Assembly: GCA_020060545.1 (NCBI GenBank)
Contig: JAGUZX010000131.1
Span: 856 to 64,855 of the forward strand
Direction of reading: 5' to 3'
Length of the DNA stretch: 64,000 bases
From: Desulfovibrio sp.
Lineage (GTDB): Bacteria; Bacillota; Dethiobacteria; DTU022
Under the pieces are notes generated by a model that was not told the origin of the DNA, ran no database searches, and worked only from the letters and a program-made list of their open reading frames with translations. How positions within the stretch are numbered: the first letter of the stretch is position 1; each line of letters starts with the position of its first letter. The position numbers and the translations under genes are program-made. Below are positions 1-8,811 of the stretch, piece after piece.

Positions 1-117
1 CCTGCTTACGATGCTGTCTATTTGGTAACCAGTCGGCGGAAAAAAGCAACGCTTCTTTCCCTCGATCAACGCTTACTGGATGCCGCAAAAAAGTTAAAAA
101 TACCTGTCCATGGATGA
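1..117 (+). CDS. PIN-domain (VapC-like) toxin, C-terminal 38 aa; the 5' end lies outside the window
   Basis: Frame +1 reads PAYDAVYLVTSRRKKATLLSLDQRLLDAAKKLKIPVHG*. This resembles the usual C-terminal segment of VapC/PIN toxins. It is too short for certainty. Confidence 0.4.
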   Translation, partial: PAYDAVYLVTSRRKKATLLSLDQRLLDAAKKLKIPVHG

Positions 118-535
118 GGGGGGGACCGCGGTTGTTGACAACTTTAATTGGGTAACAAGGACAAGATTTATGTACGTTGGAAAGACAAAGCTCATCAAGC
201 AAATCGCCAGGACGGGAATCGGTAGAGAGGCTGCCGTTAAAGGGTTAAGTTGTCAACAACCTGTTAGAGCCAGCTTAAAATGACGGAGGAAATGTATATA
301 ATCCGGTAGGAAGTGTCGGGGTTGATCCCGGCTTTTTATTTTTTAGTATTGGTTTTAAAGTGGTGGAAGTGGTTGTTGTACTTGGGTCACTTTGAGCTGT
401 GCCGTAAAGGAATGTGGCTTGAGGGTAATCGAAACCGCAAGCCACGTACCTTAGGGGGCCTTTGTCGGGTAGAGCTTATCACGGCGTGCCGGTTTTGGCA
501 TGGCGAAGCCAGGCCAACCAGGGAGGTGAAGCAAT

Positions 536-790
536 GTGATGCTGAGCATCCTTGCCTACGGTGTATGGTCCGGTTTAAAGGTGAAAACAGCGCGCGATTT
601 CTTCGTCGCCGGGGGGTCGCAGGGGTTTGTCCCCATAATCGCCACCAAGGTGGCGACCGGGATTGGTTCAGGGATGATGATCGGCTGGGTCGGGTTTGGT
701 TATGTCAAGACAGATATACTCAGTTTCTTCCTGCTGCGGGTGGCCGTCATGATCGTGCTCCCCGTATCGACCGGCCTGGCCGGCAGGTAA
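536..790 (+). pseudogene. N-terminal fragment of a sodium:solute symporter (SSS family)
   Basis: The 84-aa ORF contains KTARDFFVAGGS followed by a TM segment. This matches the N-terminal signature of SSS transporters (compare KKVQTADDYFIAGRK in the intact paralog at 7160). The ORF stops after about 2 TM helices. Confidence 0.35.
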
Positions 791-1075
791 TCAGGGCAAG
801 CTTTTTTAGTGATAAGCAGAAAAGTGATGAAATAATAGCGAAAAATTATCTATTACGCCGCAGTAAAACGCTAACTATCTTGCCATATTGATCCTGCTGA
901 CAGTCATCGAGCATGCAGGCAGCGATCTGCTGATGCGCCCTCGCTCTGCGGCAGGTCCTGCGGACGGCGGAAGACCGGGGGCTGTTAAAGTGAAAAAAAG
1001 AGTTGCCAATGAAAGGATATTTTTGAACATTGTCGAAAATAAGCTTGTTACCATAAAAAAAGGAGAAGGATAAAA

Positions 1076-1549
1076 TTGGCCCTTACACTACTGTTATGGT
1101 TATTCCAAACCGTACCTGAAACCCTGGCCCTGGTTAGCCTGGCGGTAGTTCTGGCCGGCCGGAATTTGGAACTACAAAGCGTTTTATTAATTGGATTGCC
1201 GCATGCTGCAGCTGTTTACCTGGTCCGCCTGCTGCCCATTAAATTCGGTATTCATTTTATTGTTTTTATCGTAATCCTGGCGGTGTTGCTCAATGTGCGC
1301 TTGAAGATTAAATTCAGTCAATGCCTGTTGACGGCGCTGGCAGTACTGCTGTTTCTTGCCGTAGCCGAAACCCTTTGCATGTATGTCTTGTCCCTGGTAA
1401 CAGGCATTACGATAGAACAGGTAACCGCAGAAACTGCTTCGCACCTTATTTTCGCCTGGCCCCATATATTAATGCTGTTTCTCCTGGCCTTGGCGGTAAA
1501 CCGGTGGCGAAAAGGCCGCCTCAAGAATGAGGGAAACCATCGTGCTTAG
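1076..1549 (+). CDS. Small polytopic membrane protein (about 5 TM) co-oriented with agrB and overlapping it; family not recognised
   Basis: TTG start sits 6 nt after AAGGAGAAGG. The 157-aa product is strongly hydrophobic. Its 3' end overlaps the agrB start by 23 nt, which suggests co-translation. Confidence 0.6.
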   Translation: MALTLLLWLFQTVPETLALVSLAVVLAGRNLELQSVLLIGLPHAAAVYLVRLLPIKFGIHFIVFIVILAVLLNVRLKIKFSQCLLTALAVLLFLAVAETLCMYVLSLVTGITIEQVTAETASHLIFAWPHILMLFLLALAVNRWRKGRLKNEGNHRA

Positions 1550-2189
1550 GTACCTGGGACAGAGTACTGTTGAAAAAATAGGCGAGTGGGCCGGCCTGAC
1601 TCCGGAAGATCGGGAAGTGGCAGCCTACGGGCTGGAGTATTTGATCTCCAGTATTGCCGGCCTGGCGCTGATGCTGTTGATCGGGTTTGCCCTGAGCCTT
1701 TTGCTGGAAACCCTGGCGGTTCTGTCCTGCTGGGTGCTGCTGCGCGTGTTTGCCGGGGGCGCCCACTGCACAGCGCTGTGGCGCTGCACAGTAGTAAACT
1801 GTGCGGGTATACTGGCGGCTCTTTTTATAACCAGGGGAGTTGTTTTTCTTCTTCCGCCGGTCTTCTGGGTCGCCGCCGCCTCGGCCTGGGCCCTGCTGGC
1901 TGCGGGGCTCTGGGCGCCCAATAACAGCGAAAGGCCGGTTTACGATCCCCGGAGGCGCAAGGTCCTGCGCCGGAGGGCCCTGGTCTTGATCGTGGTGACC
2001 GGTTCTCTCCTTCTTTACTCGGTTATCCGGGGCGCGGAACAGGGGCAGCTCCTGGCGGCAGCCGGCGCAACGGGGCTGGCCTCGGGCGGTTTTATGATCT
2101 CTCCGGCCGGTTTCCGGCTGATCAACCGGCTTAATCACAGCCTGGAGTTTCTCGGCAACTCAATCAGGAAAGGAGGTGAAACACCGTGA
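1527..2189 (+). CDS. agrB: Accessory gene regulator B (AgrB) family peptidase/cyclase
   Basis: 220-aa polytopic protein. It carries the AgrB catalytic His/Cys region LRVFAGGAHCTALWRCTVV (compare S. aureus RRHAHGAHAPSSFWCY). An AgrD-like ORF follows directly. Confidence 0.85.
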   Translation: MRETIVLRYLGQSTVEKIGEWAGLTPEDREVAAYGLEYLISSIAGLALMLLIGFALSLLLETLAVLSCWVLLRVFAGGAHCTALWRCTVVNCAGILAALFITRGVVFLLPPVFWVAAASAWALLAAGLWAPNNSERPVYDPRRRKVLRRRALVLIVVTGSLLLYSVIRGAEQGQLLAAAGATGLASGGFMISPAGFRLINRLNHSLEFLGNSIRKGGETP

Positions 2190-2317
2190 AAAAACTGCTG
2201 ATCCGGTTGGCGGCGGCGATCGCCTTCCTGCTGACCATGGCAGCCACCGCCGGCGCAGCCTCCGCATCTAATTGGTTCACCTATGAACCAAAAGTTCCGG
2301 CGAAGCTGCGCAAGTAA
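2186..2317 (+). CDS. agrD: AgrD-like cyclic autoinducer prepeptide (43 aa), absent from the ORF track
   Basis: The GTG start overlaps the agrB stop (GTGA). AGGAGGTGA lies 7 nt upstream. Translation: MKKLLIRLAAAIAFLLTMAATAGAASASNWFTYEPKVPAKLRK*. It has an amphipathic N-leader and a charged tail (YEPKVPAKL). The conserved Pro lies exactly 10 residues after Ser28, the same spacing as Cys-to-Pro in S. aureus AgrD (CDFIMDEVEVP). Confidence 0.75.
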   Translation: MKKLLIRLAAAIAFLLTMAATAGAASASNWFTYEPKVPAKLRK

Positions 2318-2345
2318 GGGGGGAAAGTAAAGGGTTCGTGCAAAG

Positions 2346-4439
2346 ATGAATGATTGGCGTAAAGAAAGAGAAGACAACCTGGCAGAGCTTAATCTGGGCG
2401 CACACATCCTGGCTTACCTGGTAGTAATCATCATTTTAATAACCGGCACTTCCATTGATGGGTACGATTTTAGTACTTCGGCCATTTTGCTTATTGGCAC
2501 TGTTCTGCCTGCAGCCGGTTTTATTCTCCTCGATTATCGTTTTTCGCACGGAGAATACGGCTCCCGTTTTCTGTTGGGTTGGAACATTGCCAAACACACT
2601 TTACTGTTCGCGGTAATTACAATCGTTCTTGCAGGCTTCCGGGGGGAGCAGTTATGGCTTTTTGCCTCCATGTACCTGCTGCCGGTTGTACTTTCCTGCA
2701 TCACCCTGGGACAAAAGTGGGGAACTGTTTTCGCCGGAGCAGCAGTGGGAGCCATTTTCTTATTGACCAGGGGTATGGATGTGGCCGGGAACCGGGCCGT
2801 GAGCGAGTTCGAAACGGCTCTGGTTCTCGGCGGTATTTTTTTTCTCCTGGCCTGGTTTCTGGGCGGTAACGTCAAAGTGGAAAAAGAGACCACGGAATAT
2901 CTTTATGCCATGGCTGAAGAAGAGCAGCGCCGCCACGACCTGATCGCACGGATGATGGACACCAGCCCGGCGGGGATCCTGGTTTTGGATCGGCACCGGG
3001 CTGTTGTCTATGCCAACGCCCGGCTTGAGCAAATTCTAGGCTTGAGGTGGCGTGAGCTTCAGGTAATGTTCAAACGGGAAATACCCGCTGATAGCGATAG
3101 TGCTGCCGGCTGCCTGGAAGAGGTGTTCCGGAAGGTTTTCGCGGCGGGCGAACCTGTTTACAATTACCCGGGGACAGTAGGATCCGGCACCGGGGGAAAT
3201 AGCGCTTACCTCTCCGTCAGCGGCGCCCCCATCTTTAATTCAGCCGGCCGCGTTGAACAGGTTGTGCTGACCGTGGACGATATTACAAACCAGAAAAAAA
3301 TGGACGAAGAGATGCTTAAAACAGACAAACTGGAATCCATCGGACTCCTGGCCGGCGGCATCGCTCACGATTTCAACAATTTTATGGCGGTGATGCTGGC
3401 CAATATGTCCCTGATGAAAATAAAGAACAACGATCAAAAGATCGCCGAGAACCTGGAACAGATGGAGAAGGCGGTTTTGCGAGCCCGCGAGCTAACCCGG
3501 AAACTTTTCCTGTTTACCAAGGCCAGCGCTCCGGTCAGAGAGACGGTTTTCCTGCAGAATTTACTGCTCGAAACGGCCGGTTTCGCCTTAAGCGGGTCGG
3601 CTGCAGTTTGTGAAACCAGGATTGCGGACAACCTTTGGCCGGTCGAGGCCGATGAAGTGCAAATCGGCCAGGTGCTCAATAATATCCTGCTTAATGCCGT
3701 CCAGGCCATGCCCCGGGGGGGCAAAATTGAACTGACCGCGGCGAACATAACGGTTGGCGGAGCCGATCAAGAAAGCTCGTTTCCCCTGCCGGAAGGGGAG
3801 TATATCCGCATCACAATTGCCGATGAAGGAACCGGCATTCCACCTGATCAACTTGGCAAAATATTCGACCCCTTTTATTCCACCAAACCGGAGGGAAGCG
3901 GCCTCGGCCTGGCGGTAGCCTATACCATCATCCAAAATCACGGCGGCTTGATCCGGGTGGAGTCGGAGCCCGGCGCCGGAGCAACGTTCCACATTTACCT
4001 GCCCGCTTCATCAAAGCCTCGTTCGGAGTCCCCGGAAGAGAGTGATGCGCTTTATTTCGGGGAAGGCCGGATCCTCATTATGGACGACGAGGAGCTTATC
4101 CGCAACGCCTGCGGAAATATGTTGAAACACCTGGGTTACCGGGTATCGTATGCCCGCGATGGCTTGGAAGCGGTGCGCCTCTACCAGGAGGCCGCGGCAG
4201 CCGGTTCGCCTTTTGATCTGGTGATCATGGATTTAACCATTCCGGGCGGAATGGGCGGAAAAGAGGCGGTGGAACTGCTGCGCAAGCTGGATCCCGCGGT
4301 GAAAACGCTTGTATCCAGCGGCTACTCCAATTTGCCGGTTATCAACCGCTACACAGAATACGGTTTTTCCGGGTTTATCAATAAACCTTACCGGATCAAA
4401 GAGTTGAGCGCGGCCCTGAAAAAGATTTTCGCTAATTAG
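2346..4439 (+). CDS. Hybrid sensor histidine kinase: about 6 TM, PAS, HisKA, HATPase_c and a C-terminal receiver
   Basis: H-box LAGGIAHDFNNFM. G-boxes DEGTGIP and GSGLGLAV. Receiver segment ILIMDDEE...DLVIMDLTIPGGMGG...K. The N-terminus is hydrophobic. Confidence 0.85.
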   Translation: MNDWRKEREDNLAELNLGAHILAYLVVIIILITGTSIDGYDFSTSAILLIGTVLPAAGFILLDYRFSHGEYGSRFLLGWNIAKHTLLFAVITIVLAGFRGEQLWLFASMYLLPVVLSCITLGQKWGTVFAGAAVGAIFLLTRGMDVAGNRAVSEFETALVLGGIFFLLAWFLGGNVKVEKETTEYLYAMAEEEQRRHDLIARMMDTSPAGILVLDRHRAVVYANARLEQILGLRWRELQVMFKREIPADSDSAAGCLEEVFRKVFAAGEPVYNYPGTVGSGTGGNSAYLSVSGAPIFNSAGRVEQVVLTVDDITNQKKMDEEMLKTDKLESIGLLAGGIAHDFNNFMAVMLANMSLMKIKNNDQKIAENLEQMEKAVLRARELTRKLFLFTKASAPVRETVFLQNLLLETAGFALSGSAAVCETRIADNLWPVEADEVQIGQVLNNILLNAVQAMPRGGKIELTAANITVGGADQESSFPLPEGEYIRITIADEGTGIPPDQLGKIFDPFYSTKPEGSGLGLAVAYTIIQNHGGLIRVESEPGAGATFHIYLPASSKPRSESPEESDALYFGEGRILIMDDEELIRNACGNMLKHLGYRVSYARDGLEAVRLYQEAAAAGSPFDLVIMDLTIPGGMGGKEAVELLRKLDPAVKTLVSSGYSNLPVINRYTEYGFSGFINKPYRIKELSAALKKIFAN

Positions 4440-4641
4440 TGTCTCCAGAAAAACACTTTCTTTGAAAACTGCATATGGGTAAGCTTAAAGTTATGGCCAA
4501 ACCTCCGTCCGGCACTTCCCTTTTTTAGGAATACCTGGCTGTGCAGGCGGGCGCTTGTGACCGGGTCCTGCCGGCTTTTTGTGTTAGTTCTTCTCATGTT
4601 TCTATTCGTTTTTCTAATCTGATTATAACGGGTGAAAATAG

Positions 4642-4803
4642 AAACTTGAATTGGACACCCGGGGTTTGCCCAAGAAATCTTGGGTAAAAATCAGTCAAAT
4701 AAGGACTTTGTCCATTGAACGTATTGAAAATCTCATCGGGAAAGTAACTCCTGAAGAATTAGAAAGAGTGATTGAGGGATTAAATGAAATTATTGGAACA
4801 TAG
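4642..4803 (+). pseudogene. C-terminal remnant of a MazF/PemK-family toxin
   Basis: An open frame directly after an in-frame TAG reads KLELDTRGLPKKSWVKISQIRTLSIERIENLIGKVTPEELERVIEGLNEIIGT*. This matches the conserved ...QIRT(I/L)(D/S)xxR(L/I)...L..e....v..al tail of MazF/EndoA. No N-terminal half, start codon or antitoxin is present. Confidence 0.5.
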
Positions 4804-4974
4804 TTGATCTTGCGAGCAGCACCAGGGAGGCCGGCCAGCCACATCAGCCTTGCTTCTGTCCGTTTAATTTGCCGCCGCGTTTCCTCAAGCTTGTCCAGAT
4901 GGGAGATACTAATTAAGGCCGGAACTGTTTTTACAACCGGATTTTAAAATTAAATTTCGAAGAGTGTCGCGACG

Positions 4975-6024
4975 ATGATCACAAATCAACTAAAACACTT
5001 GCAGTTCAAGGGCCGGGGAGCGATTGCGGATGGAGGGCGCAAGTTCAGGAACACCTTGTTGATCCTGGCTGCGGTCGTCGCGGGCGGGACTGCCGGCTTT
5101 ATGGCTATTGAAAAGATGCCTCCTCTCGATGCTTTTTACATGACCATGATCACCATCTCCACGGTAGGTTTCCGGGAAGTGAGGGAGCTTTCCGATGCAG
5201 GCAAGCTGTTCACCGTTTTTCTGATCATTTCGGGCTTGGTTGTGGCGGCCTATGCTCTGGGGACGATTACTTCATTCGTGCTGGAGGGAGAATTTAAACA
5301 GCTACTGCGGAGGCGAACCATGGAGAACAGGATTGAAAAGCTGAAAAACCATTACCTGATCTGCGGCGCCGGCCAGACCGGCCGCTACGTCATCAACCAG
5401 TTTAACCTTAAAAAAGTCCCTTTTGTGGTCATCGAGCACAATGCTGAAAGAGCGGAACGGCTGGCGGAGCAGGGCAACCTGGTCTTGCTGGGCGACGCGA
5501 CGACAGAAGAAGCCTTGCTGAAGGGCGGGATTACCCGGGCCAAGGGTTTGATCTGCTGCCTTGCCTCCGACGCCGACAATGTTTTCACGGTCCTTACCGG
5601 CCGGGAGCTGAACCCTAATCTATATATTGTTTCCCGGGCAATCAACGATAAGGCGGACATCAAGTTGCGCAAGGCCGGCGCCGATAAAACGGTTTCTCCC
5701 AACGAAATCGGCGGCGCCCGCATGGCCTCCCTGGTGCTGCACCCGGCGGTCGTGAGCTTCCTGGATGTGCTTACCCATGCCGGTGATCTCGTCCTGGACC
5801 TGGAAGAGATCGAGATCACGGAGCGCTCCCCTTTAAAAGGGCTGACTCTCGCCGAAGCCCGTATCCCGGAATTGACGGGTCTCATTGTGATCGCCCTGAG
5901 CCGGAAGGGCGAGAAGCTTTTATTCAACCCCAAGTCGGACCTGGTATTGTTATCCGGGGATAGCATGGTAGTGCTTGGTTCCGAAAAACAGGTCGAGAGT
6001 TTGCGGCGCATCGCATATTCCTAA
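4975..6024 (+). CDS. Potassium channel protein with TrkA-N/TrkA-C (RCK) domains
   Basis: Two TM helices flank the selectivity filter TISTVGFRE. A Rossmann motif follows (ICGAGQTGRY), then a C-terminal RCK-C segment. Confidence 0.8.
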   Translation: MITNQLKHLQFKGRGAIADGGRKFRNTLLILAAVVAGGTAGFMAIEKMPPLDAFYMTMITISTVGFREVRELSDAGKLFTVFLIISGLVVAAYALGTITSFVLEGEFKQLLRRRTMENRIEKLKNHYLICGAGQTGRYVINQFNLKKVPFVVIEHNAERAERLAEQGNLVLLGDATTEEALLKGGITRAKGLICCLASDADNVFTVLTGRELNPNLYIVSRAINDKADIKLRKAGADKTVSPNEIGGARMASLVLHPAVVSFLDVLTHAGDLVLDLEEIEITERSPLKGLTLAEARIPELTGLIVIALSRKGEKLLFNPKSDLVLLSGDSMVVLGSEKQVESLRRIAYS

Positions 6025-6037
6025 ACCGGCTGGCGCC

Positions 6038-6190
6038 GGAGGTGAAGTCACAGTGGAGAATGTTCTGCCGCAACACTTAAGGCCGCTTTTGGCAAAGTTA
6101 AAAGAGGCGGGAGCGCTGGTGGAAGAGGCAGGGCCGCCATTTAAATCCCTAAAGGGGACGCTTGCGGTTGATATCCCAAACGATTACTAA
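6038..6190 (+). pseudogene. Internal fragment of UDP-N-acetylglucosamine 1-carboxyvinyltransferase (MurA)
   Basis: GGEVTVENVLPQHLRPLLAKLKEAGALVEEAGPPFKSLKGTLAVDI matches the MurA segment GG.V...n....hl.a...KL.eaGa.ve around residue 250. There is no start and no remainder of the about 420-aa enzyme. The fragment overlaps the 3' end of the convergent iclR gene. Confidence 0.5.
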
Positions 6191-6953
6191 TCTCCCTTGC
6201 AGCACGAAGAACAGCGTTTCCTAATACCGGCACCTTTTCACTTTTAATTTTTAGAGTGAGTCCAACTACAGCGACAGCCCCAATGACATTGTTTGAAAAA
6301 TCGAATACAGGGGCGGCAATAGAAATTACCCCGAGATAACACTCTTCGTTATCAATCGAATATCCTCTGGTTTTGATTAAATCGATTTCTTTTTTTAATT
6401 GGTTTATGCCGGTGATTGTGTGTTCGGTATGAGCTTTAAGTTCTTCAGCCTGCAATAGCTGTAATTGTACTTCTTCCGGTAGATACGCAAGAATTGCTTT
6501 CCCGACAGAAGTGCAGTGAATCGGGGCGCGGCTGCCAACGTTGGAGGCGAACTGCACTTCCTGGGGGAAGGACCGTTTGTCAACGTAAATAGCTTCCCCA
6601 TTGTCCAGCATTGCCAGCACTACTGATTCCTTTACTTCCACCATTAAGTTTTCCAAAATAGGGTTGGCGATAAATTTTAAATCATACTGCCGGACCGCTT
6701 TACTCCCAATTTTAAAGAGTTTAAAGGATAGATGATATTTCTGCGTTGCCTGATTTTGAACCAAAAGATCCAGCTCCTCTAAAGAGGAAATCAGGCGATG
6801 AACGGTGCTTCGGCTTAAACCTGTTTTACGGCTTAACTCCCTGATCCCAATTTCTCTTTCCTCACTGATGATCTCCAATAGTTGAAATGATCTTTGGAGA
6901 GACTGGACCACTACACGCTCATCTCCTATTATATGGCAATCGCTTGCGTGCAT
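6141..6953 (-). CDS. IclR-family transcriptional regulator
   Basis: N-terminal wHTH: QSLQRSFQLLEIISEE..IGIRELSRKTGLSRSTVHRLISSLE. The C-terminal IclR effector domain shows through GKAILAY. It is divergent from the SSS transporter operon. Confidence 0.85.
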   Translation of the reverse strand: MHASDCHIIGDERVVVQSLQRSFQLLEIISEEREIGIRELSRKTGLSRSTVHRLISSLEELDLLVQNQATQKYHLSFKLFKIGSKAVRQYDLKFIANPILENLMVEVKESVVLAMLDNGEAIYVDKRSFPQEVQFASNVGSRAPIHCTSVGKAILAYLPEEVQLQLLQAEELKAHTEHTITGINQLKKEIDLIKTRGYSIDNEECYLGVISIAAPVFDFSNNVIGAVAVVGLTLKIKSEKVPVLGNAVLRAAREISNRLGYQPQASPLGI

Positions 6954-7064
6954 TATTATAATCTATTCGATTTATAGCTTACCAGTAAAGGCAAAATTAA
7001 GTCAATAGCATTGCCGCTGAAAACATTTATTTTTTATTAAATTTCGCTAATTAAAAGTTTTCGA

Positions 7065-7093
7065 TTGACAAGAGTTAGCACATTATTTATACT
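7065..7093 (+). promoter_or_regulatory. Sigma-A-type promoter of the SSS/DUF362 operon
   Basis: TTGACA-17 nt-TATACT, 67 nt upstream of the ATG at 7160, inside the AT-rich iclR-divergent region. Confidence 0.55.
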
Positions 7094-7159
7094 ATACTTA
7101 TAATGGAGCGGCGTTCCATATAGCAGGACGCTTCAAAAAAAATGAAAGGAGCAGTTCTT

Positions 7160-8635
7160 ATGGCAACAACAGTGATTACGGTGTTGGTTCTTTACTTTCT
7201 GTTGGTTCTAGGAATCGGTTATTATTCAACAAAGAAAGTGCAGACAGCAGATGATTATTTTATTGCCGGGCGAAAACTAAACTATTACGTTACCGCACTT
7301 TCGCATCAAGCTTCCGCCTTAAGTGGATGGCTGTTTTTAGCCTGGTCAGGTTTTGTATCACGAATGGGAATCGGAGCAGTATGGACGGCCATTGCCTCAG
7401 GCGGTGCTCCCATCACTAATTTTCTAATCCTGGCCAGAAGGATGAGAAAATACACCGAAATGGTGAAAGCCCGTAGTATCGTCGACCTGCTCGAATCCAG
7501 GTATTACGATGAAAAAACAAAAATTATCCGCACTGTATCAGTAATCATAATATTTGTGTGTATGTGTGTTTATGTTGCCGCCCAGGTAATGGCTGCCGGC
7601 AAAGCATTTCAGGTAGTCCTTGGGTGGGACTATCAGCAAGCGGCGATCTTAGGCGCCGTTATAGTGATTGCTTACACTTCGGCAGGGGGATTACTTGCAG
7701 TTGCCTGGTCAGATACTTTTCAAGGGATATTAATGATTATTGCAGTTGCTTTTGGCCTGGTTTTAAGTTTATATCACAATGCTGGATGGGGCAATATTGT
7801 TAATGCGTTGGGTTCAATCAAGCCGCAATTAATCACGCCCTGGATAAATCCGATCACGATCATTGGTTTACTTTCAGCCGGATACCTTGGCTACTTGGGC
7901 CAACCGCAACTTCTGCAAATGTTTATGAGCATGAAAAATGCAAAAGATGCGAAGCGTGGCGCTGCTATTGCGGGGGGAGTGGGGATCTTCCTGCTCTTTG
8001 GCAGTTTCGTTGCTCTTCTGGGAACTACAGCGTTATTCCCGGAAGCCGCCGACCCGGATACCAACTTTTTGCAGCTGTTTCTAAAGTACAGCCCGGGCCT
8101 TTTAACCGGTTTAATTTTGGCTGCTGTCATGTCAGCCATTATGTCTTCCGCTGATTCTCTTTTACATGTCGCCAATGTTTCAGTTGTCGAAGATTTTTAT
8201 AACAGAATTATTAAGAAGGGCCAGGCCGGCGATCGCCAAATGCTTTTGGTCGGCAGGATTTCTGCTGTTCTCCTTGGCGCCGTCGCTGTTTATATTGCCC
8301 TCAATCCTTTTGAGAGTATTTTTTGGGTTTTGTTCTGGGCCTGGGGTGGCCTTACCGCTTTTGGCCCGGTCATTCTTTTAGGTCTCTATTGGAAACGCGC
8401 CAACAGAATCGGAGCAATCGCTGGATTAATCTGCGGTTTCTCAGCTTCGGTAATTTGGTTTCAAACGGGGTTGTATACTAAATTGCATATGAGCTTCCCC
8501 GCTTTCTTCGTAGCGCTAATTGTTACTGTTGCCGTCAGCTTGTTGACTGCTGCGCCTCCGAAAGAAATTCAAGACCAGGTCGAGGCTTTGGCCGATTACA
8601 ACATGCCGGAAACAATAAACGTTAAAACAGCCTGA
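7160..8635 (+). CDS. Sodium:solute symporter (SSS family), substrate unknown
   Basis: AAAGGAG lies 8 nt before the ATG at 7160; the track start at 7142 lies inside the RBS. N-terminus MATTVITV...KKVQTADDYFIAGRKL. About 13 TM helices. Confidence 0.85.
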   Translation: MATTVITVLVLYFLLVLGIGYYSTKKVQTADDYFIAGRKLNYYVTALSHQASALSGWLFLAWSGFVSRMGIGAVWTAIASGGAPITNFLILARRMRKYTEMVKARSIVDLLESRYYDEKTKIIRTVSVIIIFVCMCVYVAAQVMAAGKAFQVVLGWDYQQAAILGAVIVIAYTSAGGLLAVAWSDTFQGILMIIAVAFGLVLSLYHNAGWGNIVNALGSIKPQLITPWINPITIIGLLSAGYLGYLGQPQLLQMFMSMKNAKDAKRGAAIAGGVGIFLLFGSFVALLGTTALFPEAADPDTNFLQLFLKYSPGLLTGLILAAVMSAIMSSADSLLHVANVSVVEDFYNRIIKKGQAGDRQMLLVGRISAVLLGAVAVYIALNPFESIFWVLFWAWGGLTAFGPVILLGLYWKRANRIGAIAGLICGFSASVIWFQTGLYTKLHMSFPAFFVALIVTVAVSLLTAAPPKEIQDQVEALADYNMPETINVKTA

Positions 8636-8649
8636 GCCACGCTTGTTTT

Positions 8650-8697
8650 TCTCTCCTTTCTGTGTTCCTTCACAGAAAGGAGAGAAATTTTTATTTG
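8650..8697 (+). terminator. Intrinsic terminator after the SSS gene
   Basis: 15-bp stem TCTCTCCTTTCTGTG/CACAGAAAGGAGAGA with a 6-nt loop, followed by AATTTTTATTT. Confidence 0.75.
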
Positions 8698-8811
8698 GCA
8701 TTATTAAAGGAGTTTAGGGTGTGTTTTTGAGCGCACCAATGCTAAAATATAGGAAATCCTCTTAATGGCAACACTGAAAGAGACCCGGTGTTACAAGGAG
8801 GGCCATTTTTT

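Noticed and set aside
313-891. The 192-aa ORF covering the vapC-downstream region.
   Set aside because: It has a Trp/Arg/Cys-rich, non-protein-like composition. It spans a terminator and overlaps the SSS fragment in another frame. No start context is present.
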